From: an uncultured Candidatus Saccharibacteria bacterium
GTDB taxonomy: Bacteria > Patescibacteriota > Kazan-3B-28 > UBA10110
Assembly (NCBI GenBank): GCA_964424375.1
Contig: CAYRIH010000002.1
Location: 1-47,319, forward strand
DNA length: 47,319 nt
Reading direction: 5' to 3'
Position numbers and translations under genes: made by a program. The notes beneath the pieces were generated by a model that saw only the letters and a list, made by a program, of their open reading frames with translations, made no database searches and had not been told where the DNA came from. Of this stretch, positions 39,101-46,578 are shown one piece after another (position 1 is the first letter of the stretch; each line of letters starts with the position of its first letter).

Positions 39101-41902
39101 ATGGCAATTACCAAAGCTGGCGATCAGTTAGTGACCCGTTTTTTTACTAAAGAGGGAGAGGATGTTTTTGATACGATTAAATGGGAAAAGCGTAGAGCTT
39201 ATATTTATGATGCTAAAGTAGATAAAGCTCTAATTGATTTAGAGGTAGAAGCGCCAGATTTTTGGTCTGATACTGCCATTAATATAGCTGCCTATAAATA
39301 TCTTCGCAAAAAAGGGGTACCAGTCCCAGAGGGTCGCGAGACTAGCATTAGACAGTTAATTGATAGAGTTGCGTCAACTATCACTCAGGCTGGTGAAGAA
39401 TTAGGTTATTTTGAAGGTCTGGAAGAATCTAAGATATTTAAAGACGAACTTACTCATATTCTGCTTTATCAAAAAGGAGCATTTAATTCTCCAGTTTGGT
39501 TTAATGTTGGCTTATATCATGCTTATGGCATAGAACATCATACCGAGAATTTTTTCTATAATCCTGAGACTCAGAATGTAGAACCAGCACTGGATGCTTA
39601 TAAACATCCTCAATGTAGTGCTTGTTTTATTCAGTCGATTGAAGATTCATTAGAAAGTATTTTTGAGTTGGTAAAAAAAGAATCTAGATTGTTTAAACAT
39701 GGTTCCGGTACTGGAACTAATTTTTCATCACTTCGTTCTAAGCATGAACGTATTTCTGGCGGAGGATTATCGTCAGGCTTAATATCATTCTTAAAAGTAT
39801 TTGATGCTGGTGCTGGCGCTACAAAATCTGGTGGGACAACTAGGCGGGCCGCTAAAATGATAATCGTCGACATAGATCATCCTGAAATTGAAGATTTTAT
39901 TAAATGGAAAGCTCAAGAAGAAAACAAAGCCTTGGCTTTGATTAGAGAGGGTTATGATTCAGATTTTAATGGTGAAGCATATCATACTATTGCTGGTCAA
40001 AATGCTAATAATTCAGTTCGGGTTACTGATGAATTTATGCAGGCTTATCTTAATAACAGTTCTTGGCAAACTAAGTTTCGTACTACCAATGAGGTTCATA
40101 AAACCTATCAGGCTGTTGATTTAATGCGCATGATTGCTGAATCAACTTGGCGCTGTGCTGATCCAGGCATGCAATACGATACTATTATTAATCGTTGGCA
40201 TACTTGTAAGAATTCCGGCAGAATTAATGCCAGTAATCCTTGCTCGGAGTTTATGTTCTTAGATGAAACAGCTTGTAATTTAGCCTCGATTAATTTGGTT
40301 AAATTTGTTGATAACGATAACAATTTTGATGTTGAAGCATTTCGACAAGCCATTAAAATATTTATTTTAGCCCAAGAAATTATTGTAGATTTTGCTTCAT
40401 ATCCTTCTCGTGAGATGGTGGTTAATGCACACGATTTTCGCACTTTGGGTTTAGGGTACGCTAATTTAGGTGCATATTTAATGAGACATGGATTAGCTTA
40501 TGATAGTGATGAAGGTCGTGGTATTACGGCGGCTATTACAGCTATTCTTACAGGTCATGCCTATGCTGTTTCTGCTATGTTAGCTGAAAGGCTGGGAGCT
40601 TTTCCTAAATATAAGTTTAATGAGCAGAGCATGTTAGAAATTATTAATATGCATAAAGATGCTGCAAATAATCTTAAAAATGTGCCTGAATATCTTAAGC
40701 AGGCAATTGCAGAAGATTGGGCAGAAGCCCAAACTAAAGGGCAACAGTATGGTTATCGCAATGCGCAAGTTTCTCTATTGGCTCCGACTGGAACCATTGG
40801 TCCTTTGATGGATGTAGATACTACTGGTCTTGAGCCTGATTTTGCCTTGGTTAAATATAAAAAACTAGCTGGCGGTGGAGGTTATTTGATTGTAAATCAA
40901 TCTGTGGAGTCAACGCTTAAATATCTAGGCTATAGTCCAGAAAAAGTTAAAATTATTAAGCAGTATGTTTTAGATAATGGAAAAATTGAAGATGCGCCAG
41001 GGCTTAAAGATGAACACTTACCAATTTTTGATTGTGCTAACCGGTGTGGAGATGGAAAAAGATTTATTCGTCCGATGGCTCATATAGAGATGATGACTGT
41101 AGTCCAGCCACTACTTTCTGGGGCTATTTCTAAGACTGTTAATATGCCTGAAGAAGCCACGGTCGAGGAAATTGAAGAAATGTATGTGACAGCTTGGAAA
41201 AAGGGAATTAAGGCTTTAGCTATCTATCGTGATGGGAGTAAGGCATCACAGCCTTTGAGTACTAAAAAGGGTGATAAGGATAGTCCTTTGGCTGTAACAA
41301 CCAACCGTCAAGAGATGCCTAAAACTCGAGAAGGGATTACTCATAAATTTTCTATCGGTGGCTATAAAGTATATGTTACAGCTAATCGGTTTGAGAATGG
41401 AAATTTAGGAGAAGTTTTCATCATAGCTGGTAAAGAGGGATCAATAGTTAGTGGTCTTTTAGGAGCCATTGCTCGGCTTTGTTCAAAGACATTACAAGAA
41501 GGAGCCCCGGCTGAGTCTATTGTTGATTCATTATTAAACTTAAGATTTGATCCTTGGGGTGCCACTGATAATCCAGATATCCCTATGGCTAAATCCATTG
41601 CTGATTATATTGGACGGTGGATAGGAAAGAATTTTTTGCCATTAGATAAACAGATTGCCTTTGGGATTGTTGGTGAACAAGTTCAAAAGATTGATGAGAA
41701 TGGTGCAGAAGAGATGTTGGAAAAGGAAAAAGTATCGGAGGAAGCAACAGAACAACCAGTGCTGTCTATAATTACCGAAGAGAGCAAGGCTTCTGGTGGA
41801 TATAAATATGCGCCTCCTTGCCCAACCTGTGGTGCATTGATGATACAAAATGGAACTTGTTTTGCTTGTGGGGAATGTGGGACGACCACCGGGTGCTCTT
41901 AA
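39101..41902 (+). CDS. nrdJ: Ribonucleotide reductase, class II (adenosylcobalamin-dependent)
   Basis: Single long chain with no nrdB nearby; NPCSEF active-site Cys loop, LLAPTGTIG, C-terminal CPTC...CFACGEC tail; GGAGG SD. Confidence 0.85.
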   Translation: MAITKAGDQLVTRFFTKEGEDVFDTIKWEKRRAYIYDAKVDKALIDLEVEAPDFWSDTAINIAAYKYLRKKGVPVPEGRETSIRQLIDRVASTITQAGEELGYFEGLEESKIFKDELTHILLYQKGAFNSPVWFNVGLYHAYGIEHHTENFFYNPETQNVEPALDAYKHPQCSACFIQSIEDSLESIFELVKKESRLFKHGSGTGTNFSSLRSKHERISGGGLSSGLISFLKVFDAGAGATKSGGTTRRAAKMIIVDIDHPEIEDFIKWKAQEENKALALIREGYDSDFNGEAYHTIAGQNANNSVRVTDEFMQAYLNNSSWQTKFRTTNEVHKTYQAVDLMRMIAESTWRCADPGMQYDTIINRWHTCKNSGRINASNPCSEFMFLDETACNLASINLVKFVDNDNNFDVEAFRQAIKIFILAQEIIVDFASYPSREMVVNAHDFRTLGLGYANLGAYLMRHGLAYDSDEGRGITAAITAILTGHAYAVSAMLAERLGAFPKYKFNEQSMLEIINMHKDAANNLKNVPEYLKQAIAEDWAEAQTKGQQYGYRNAQVSLLAPTGTIGPLMDVDTTGLEPDFALVKYKKLAGGGGYLIVNQSVESTLKYLGYSPEKVKIIKQYVLDNGKIEDAPGLKDEHLPIFDCANRCGDGKRFIRPMAHIEMMTVVQPLLSGAISKTVNMPEEATVEEIEEMYVTAWKKGIKALAIYRDGSKASQPLSTKKGDKDSPLAVTTNRQEMPKTREGITHKFSIGGYKVYVTANRFENGNLGEVFIIAGKEGSIVSGLLGAIARLCSKTLQEGAPAESIVDSLLNLRFDPWGATDNPDIPMAKSIADYIGRWIGKNFLPLDKQIAFGIVGEQVQKIDENGAEEMLEKEKVSEEATEQPVLSIITEESKASGGYKYAPPCPTCGALMIQNGTCFACGECGTTTGCS

Positions 41903-41929
41903 GCCACCATTCCTCAAACAATTAAACTT

Positions 41930-42000
41930 CAATGGCTCAACGCCGTTGAGCCATTGAAAATAAGATAAAAATTTAACGGCTCATGAATGAGCCGTTAAAG
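41930..42000 (+). repeat. Double-hairpin module, copy A (CAATGGCTCAAC GCC GTTGAGCCATTG ... TTTAACGGCTCA TGAA TGAGCCGTTAAA)
   Basis: Two stems sharing the GGCTCA/TGAGCC core; 64/71 positions identical to 46437..46507 in an ungapped hand alignment; no U-tracts. Confidence 0.85.
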
Positions 42001-42027
42001 AAATGGGATAAAAATAGCTCTGAAAGT
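41999..42027 (+). repeat. 29-nt direct repeat, copy 1 (AGAAATGGGATAAAAATAGCTCTGAAAGT)
   Basis: Differs at one position from 42384..42412. Confidence 0.85.
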
Positions 42028-42096
42028 TAGTTTTTAATTTAGGGTATAATTTGGGTATGTTTAGTAATGAAATAACAAATTTATCAGGAGGTGTAG

Positions 42097-42396
42097 ATGT
42101 TTTATATAGATTTTGAAGAGGATTATAAAGAGTTGGAGCCTGGCCCTGCTAATGCTTGGTCTAAGCGAGTTGAGGTATTCAATTTTCCCCATAATTTAAC
42201 ACAGGCTAAACAACTTATTCTCGATGAATTTAAAAAACTGGATAGGGTCGGGATATGTGCATCGACTATACTTTTTACAATATCTACTGACGGTAACAAC
42301 ACTAATGTTGCTGATGGGGCTATAGATATTCCCGATTTAAATGTGAGATTTGGTCACCGCAATGGTGAGTTTTTAGATGTTGAAGAAATAGGATAA
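42097..42396 (+). CDS. Hypothetical protein (99 aa)
   Basis: CAGGAGG SD 6 nt upstream; TATAAT at 42045-42050. Contains ILFTISTDGNN, resembling IIYIISTDGDF of the downstream vWA-like protein. Confidence 0.55.
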   Translation: MFYIDFEEDYKELEPGPANAWSKRVEVFNFPHNLTQAKQLILDEFKKLDRVGICASTILFTISTDGNNTNVADGAIDIPDLNVRFGHRNGEFLDVEEIG

Positions 42397-42412
42397 AAAT
42401 AGCTCTGAAAGT
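42384..42412 (+). repeat. 29-nt direct repeat, copy 2 (AGAAATAGGATAAAAATAGCTCTGAAAGT), overlapping the stop of the 99-aa ORF
   Basis: See 41999..42027. Confidence 0.85.
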
Positions 42413-42508
42413 AGAAAAAGCTTGATATATTTTAATTTATATGCTATTTTTCGTGTATATTAATTTTAAGAGATATGTGATGGTTTTTCAATCAATAATC
42501 TTTATCCA

Positions 42509-43759
42509 ATGGATGAGAACAACAATTTAGATCAATCAGAGCAGCAATCTCAGTTACAGAAAAATGATGAAAATTTAGGGGAATCTGCCGGTTTTCCTGA
42601 GCAACAGCCTAAATCGTACCAAGAGAATTCCAATTTAAATTTAGTGGTCGCAGAGAAACTGACCAAGGGGCAGACGCGAGGGTTGGTCTTAGGTACGATT
42701 ATTGTGCTTGGGCTATTTGGTACAATGGTCGCGTGGGTCATAACTCACACCCCTCCACCAACCGACAGTCTTAACATCAGTCAGTCGTGCTCCTGGGGTT
42801 TCTGGTGCGCAGGAGACCTTAAAATCTCGCTCGACAGAGAAGATTATAAGATATCCTATCTTAATGCGGCCGGCGAAGAAGAGTCGTTCTATATTGCTCA
42901 ATCTGGTAAGGAATCACCCGAAAGTGACCCCCTGACGCTCGCATTAATTAGACATGCAAAAACATCGTCTTCCCCTAAATTAGATTCTCCCTTTAGTGGG
43001 GTTGACGGGGGGCACAAAATCATCAGTCTGACTTTGGATGTGTCTTTATCTACGAGAAACCTTATTAATGTAAAAGACGGATACTACAGAGAATTGTTGA
43101 ATGAGATGCAAACAATGTTAACCGATAGCGAGGTTAATCTTCGACCAGGCGATGAAATTAGAGTTGGATTTTTAGGCAGGAAGTGGAATACTGGTTCCGG
43201 TTTCAAAACGATAGATTTCGCAGGGCCTAACTTTGATAATGATTTCGAGTTTACATCCAGAAGGCAGATTAGTGTGTTATCAATAAAAAATCCCGTCATA
43301 CCTGAACCTGAGTTTGATATCGATCAAAATAGACTGAAAGCATATTCTATAGCCGATGTTATGGAGGCCGTACATCTAGTTTATTCATCAGAATTGGAAA
43401 ATAATAAAAATATCCAAGATGGTACTTTTCTGATTAGTGGTCTAGAAGACCTGTCTCGTGTCCTCGTAGATAAGAAAAAATTCAGCTCAATTATTTATAT
43501 TATTTCTACAGATGGTGATTTTCATATTCGCTCAACAAGGGATTATTGTTGGATTAACACCTATCCCGAATGTCACGCACGTATTCTTAGAAAATATAAA
43601 GATGTGCCAATCCTGCAAACTCTGTCTGCTGAATTGGATAGAGCTTATGTGGTTGGGGTTGAATGGTACAACAACGATGCCTATAGAGAATCTTTGGATA
43701 ACGTGTTCAAGACCTTGCTTCAACCGATACCCGAGGAAAGAATAAAAATAATTAACTAA
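42509..43759 (+). CDS. Membrane-anchored protein with vWA-like domain (MIDAS-like DxSxS...T...DG pattern)
   Basis: Q/N/E-rich N-terminus, single TM (LVLGTIIVLGLFGTMVAWVI), then KIISLTLDVSLST (DxSxS), GDEIRVGFLG, DGTFLISGLEDL, SSIIYIISTDGDF, AYVVGVEW in the order expected for a vWA Rossmann fold. Confidence 0.5.
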   Translation: MDENNNLDQSEQQSQLQKNDENLGESAGFPEQQPKSYQENSNLNLVVAEKLTKGQTRGLVLGTIIVLGLFGTMVAWVITHTPPPTDSLNISQSCSWGFWCAGDLKISLDREDYKISYLNAAGEEESFYIAQSGKESPESDPLTLALIRHAKTSSSPKLDSPFSGVDGGHKIISLTLDVSLSTRNLINVKDGYYRELLNEMQTMLTDSEVNLRPGDEIRVGFLGRKWNTGSGFKTIDFAGPNFDNDFEFTSRRQISVLSIKNPVIPEPEFDIDQNRLKAYSIADVMEAVHLVYSSELENNKNIQDGTFLISGLEDLSRVLVDKKKFSSIIYIISTDGDFHIRSTRDYCWINTYPECHARILRKYKDVPILQTLSAELDRAYVVGVEWYNNDAYRESLDNVFKTLLQPIPEERIKIIN

Positions 43760-43766
43760 GAATATC

Positions 43767-45170
43767 ATGATGTTAACACCCTTGGTTTATTTGATAGTTG
43801 GTCTTGCCGCGACTATGTTGGTAGGTTATATGATCTATAGTCAAACTAACATCTATTTTAAACGAGGACGTAAAAAGGCCTATCAGTGGGTGGCCAGAGG
43901 ATTAATCACAGTCGATGAGCAGATTGCTCAGAAGTTAGACAATATGAAGCAGTTGCGTGATCAAGTGTTCAAAGTTGCCTTAGAGGCGGACCAATTAGCG
44001 CTTCACCAGTCGATTGATGCCTTTGACAAAAGGATCCAAGAAATAAATGCAAGGAATGCCAAGTTGATAGACAAAAGAGACGCTTTGGCTGAAAAGCCTA
44101 TTGAATCAACCATGGTGATAGATGATGGTTATTATGTTGGTGCTGAAGATGCGGTCAAAGACAAATTGGCTGAGATAGACAAGGAGTTGAAAGAATTGGG
44201 CGATGAATTATCACAACTCCAAGAGCGTACAACAGAGGCTATGTCAGAGAGCGTAGGGCCTTGGGTTGCTAGCACGCAGAAGTGGTTTCAGAGTATCTTG
44301 CACAATCTGTCAGTCTGGTCAAAAGAAGTCTCCAATAAGCTGCTAGTTTTGTTTCTGTGGGCTGTTGAATTTTCTATTGGTCTGTATCTATTTAAGGAAT
44401 TGTTTTTAGCCTACTTCCCTGATGTAATGGCCTATGTAGTTGCCGGCGGTCTCACACTATCCTTGGTCGTTGTGGCTCATACTGTTTATAGTCATCTTCG
44501 TTCTATTGTAGCGGGCCGATTCTTAGTCAACCTTGTAATCCCGGGTATTTTGCTACTTTTAACCATACTTCTTGTGCTATATGTGCAATTATTTAGCGAC
44601 AGCATCGCTATACCAAGAGTACTAATGTGGACTGTATTCGTTGGTCTTATCCACTATGTTGCGTTACGGAGTACTGACACTAGAAACCCATTTGAGGTAG
44701 CAATGTTAATAAGAGCCCCTCTGTTATTGCTAATTAACACTCTTGTTATAATCCCCGCTGCGATAATTTTAGCTACTGAAAAGGGAATATATTTGTTGGT
44801 TAATATATTCAGGTCTAGTCCGATATCTGAAAGAGAGCGCTCCATTAAGAATCGTATTGCCGAACTTGGGTCAGATAAAGATAGGCAAAACAAAGAAATG
44901 AACGATCTGCGCGCACAGTGCAGCACATTTAGAAAAGGAGAGGTCTCAAGGATGCGACAAGAAGGAGTAGACAAAATAAAGCTCGAAAGCCAAGCCATGG
45001 ATACTCAAATAGAAAGTTACAACAAAAGCGTGGGGCAGTTAAGAAGTCAACGACAGATTTTTGTGACTAATCTAGACAATTTGCGTCTTGGTTCAGATGC
45101 CGGAACGGATGCTGGTGTAGTTGTTGTTATGAACAGGCGTGCTGCAGCAGTAAAAAAAGATAAAAAGTAG
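43767..45170 (+). CDS. Polytopic membrane protein with N- and C-terminal coiled-coil regions, hypothetical
   Basis: N-terminal TM, ~150 aa heptad-like E/K/L/Q region, ~6 hydrophobic helices (aa ~195-345), second charged helical region, basic tail; 7-nt gap from the upstream gene. Confidence 0.6.
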   Translation: MMLTPLVYLIVGLAATMLVGYMIYSQTNIYFKRGRKKAYQWVARGLITVDEQIAQKLDNMKQLRDQVFKVALEADQLALHQSIDAFDKRIQEINARNAKLIDKRDALAEKPIESTMVIDDGYYVGAEDAVKDKLAEIDKELKELGDELSQLQERTTEAMSESVGPWVASTQKWFQSILHNLSVWSKEVSNKLLVLFLWAVEFSIGLYLFKELFLAYFPDVMAYVVAGGLTLSLVVVAHTVYSHLRSIVAGRFLVNLVIPGILLLLTILLVLYVQLFSDSIAIPRVLMWTVFVGLIHYVALRSTDTRNPFEVAMLIRAPLLLLINTLVIIPAAIILATEKGIYLLVNIFRSSPISERERSIKNRIAELGSDKDRQNKEMNDLRAQCSTFRKGEVSRMRQEGVDKIKLESQAMDTQIESYNKSVGQLRSQRQIFVTNLDNLRLGSDAGTDAGVVVVMNRRAAAVKKDKK

Positions 45171-45172
45171 AG

Positions 45173-45847
45173 ATGGATATTAAAAGGCGGTTTTATCTAA
45201 TATCCTTGGTGGGATTAATCCTTCTTGGGCTGGTTTTTCCGTTGGGGATGGTTGTTGCTCAGGGAGAGGAAGCACAAAAACAAATTGAAATTGTTGTTCC
45301 GACGAAGCCCATTGACGGGCTTCGTTCTGTTTTTGTTGAAAGGGTGATTGATGGAGACACTATTATTACTGATGATGAGGAGCGGATTCGGTATATTGGG
45401 ATGAATACTCCAGAGACAGTACATCCGTCGAAGCCGGTAGAGTTTTTTGGTGAAGAAGCGAGTGATAAAAATACAGAATTAGTTGAAGGACAGATTGTTG
45501 AGTTAGAATTTGATATTGAAAAAATAGATCAATATGGACGGACCTTGGCTTATATTTGGTTGGATGATGAAATGATTAATGCCAAATTACTTGCGGAAGG
45601 GTATGCCCAGGTTGCGACTTATCCGCCAAATATAAAATATGTTGATTATTTTCTATTTCTCCAAGAAGAAGCAAGAATAAATGAAATGGGGTTGTGGGTC
45701 GTTGAAGGTGATAAAATTATAATTACTGGATTAGACGAAGATGTTGAAACTGAATCAATTCCATCTAATTATAATTGGTTTTGGTGGCTCGGAGGTTTTG
45801 GTATAGTTGTTTTTTGGGTGTATAAATGGGTTGGAAGTAAATATTAG
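45173..45847 (+). CDS. Staphylococcal-nuclease (SNase/thermonuclease) family nuclease with N-terminal signal/TM and C-terminal TM anchor
   Basis: VERVIDGDTI...IRYIGMNTPET...FGEEAS...DQYGRTLAYIWL...NAKLLAEGYAQV...GLW; C-terminal WFWWLGGFGIVVFWVY. Confidence 0.8.
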   Translation: MDIKRRFYLISLVGLILLGLVFPLGMVVAQGEEAQKQIEIVVPTKPIDGLRSVFVERVIDGDTIITDDEERIRYIGMNTPETVHPSKPVEFFGEEASDKNTELVEGQIVELEFDIEKIDQYGRTLAYIWLDDEMINAKLLAEGYAQVATYPPNIKYVDYFLFLQEEARINEMGLWVVEGDKIIITGLDEDVETESIPSNYNWFWWLGGFGIVVFWVYKWVGSKY

Positions 45848-45854
45848 CCAATTT

Positions 45855-46082
45855 ATGCATAGAACAATAGAAGATCTGAATGCAACATGGTGGTATAGAT
45901 TATTGAAGGTGATCTTTATTATTTTATTTGTGAGTAATTTGTTATTGTGGGGAGCAGTTCTTTGGGATGCTGTAGGTGTATTATTATGGCTATCAATTAT
46001 TATTGGGATCGCATTATTATTCTGGTTAATATCAAGAATATTTTTCTATATTGTTTTAGGTGAGTTTTTACCAAGGAGATAG
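45855..46082 (+). CDS. Small two-TM membrane protein (75 aa), hypothetical
   Basis: ATG 45855, in frame with track ORF 45807; two hydrophobic helices; 7-nt gap after the nuclease stop. Confidence 0.5.
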   Translation: MHRTIEDLNATWWYRLLKVIFIILFVSNLLLWGAVLWDAVGVLLWLSIIIGIALLFWLISRIFFYIVLGEFLPRR

Positions 46083-46085
46083 AGA

Positions 46086-46406
46086 ATGAGGATTGGACAC
46101 AATACAATTAGCGTAGTACCAGCAATTATAGTAATTATTATGTCATTACTGGCACTTTTTGCTTGGCCGTATGCATATTATATTTTTCTTAAGTTTATAG
46201 TAATTGGAACGGCTGCCTATTATGCTTATTATCTATATCAGGCCAATGGGTTGAATAGTATTTGGTTTTGGATATTCATCTTTATAGCCATTCTATTTAA
46301 TCCATTCATGCCAATTTATTTGGGAGACAGAAGCTTGTGGTCAGTGATTGATATAGGATTAGTAATTATAGTGGGTATATTTTTAGGTGTCAGTCGACAG
46401 CAGTAG
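46086..46406 (+). CDS. Small multi-TM membrane protein (106 aa), hypothetical
   Basis: Three to four hydrophobic helices rich in Y/F/I; AGGAGA just upstream; 3-nt gap from the preceding gene. Confidence 0.55.
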   Translation: MRIGHNTISVVPAIIVIIMSLLALFAWPYAYYIFLKFIVIGTAAYYAYYLYQANGLNSIWFWIFIFIAILFNPFMPIYLGDRSLWSVIDIGLVIIVGIFLGVSRQQ

Positions 46407-46436
46407 ATGAAAAGTATGTTGGGTATATAGATTTTT

Positions 46437-46507
46437 CAACGGCTCAACAGCGTTGAGCCATTAAAAATAAGATAAAACTTTAACGGCTCATGAATGAGCC
46501 GTTGAAA
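46437..46507 (+). repeat. Double-hairpin module, copy B
   Basis: CAACGGCTCAAC AGC GTTGAGCCATT ... TTTAACGGCTCA TGAA TGAGCCGTTGAAA; see 41930..42000. Confidence 0.85.
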
Positions 46508-46510
46508 ATA

Positions 46511-46539
46511 TTGACTAGAGGCTGGTTTTTTAATATATT
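46511..46539 (+). promoter_or_regulatory. Sigma70-like promoter TTGACT-N17-TATATT for the tandem-repeat gene
   Basis: Hexamers and 17-nt spacer counted by hand; about 40 nt upstream of ATG 46579. Confidence 0.45.
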
Positions 46540-46578
46540 TAAATATCTTTGACATCATAGAAAAAGGAGGGAGAAAGT

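Noticed and set aside
41930-42000. Double hairpins as integron attC sites (AAC…GTT ends of hairpin 2 resemble R''/R' cores)
   Set aside because: The stems are only 12 bp with 3-4-nt loops, far shorter than attC sites, with no extrahelical bases. The GTTRRRY match is imperfect in both copies. No integron integrase is present, and there are only two copies in the window.
41930-46507. CRISPR array or other spacer-repeat array
   Set aside because: There are only two copies, 4.5 kb apart, with protein-coding genes between them. No regular short-period repeat-spacer structure occurs anywhere in the window.
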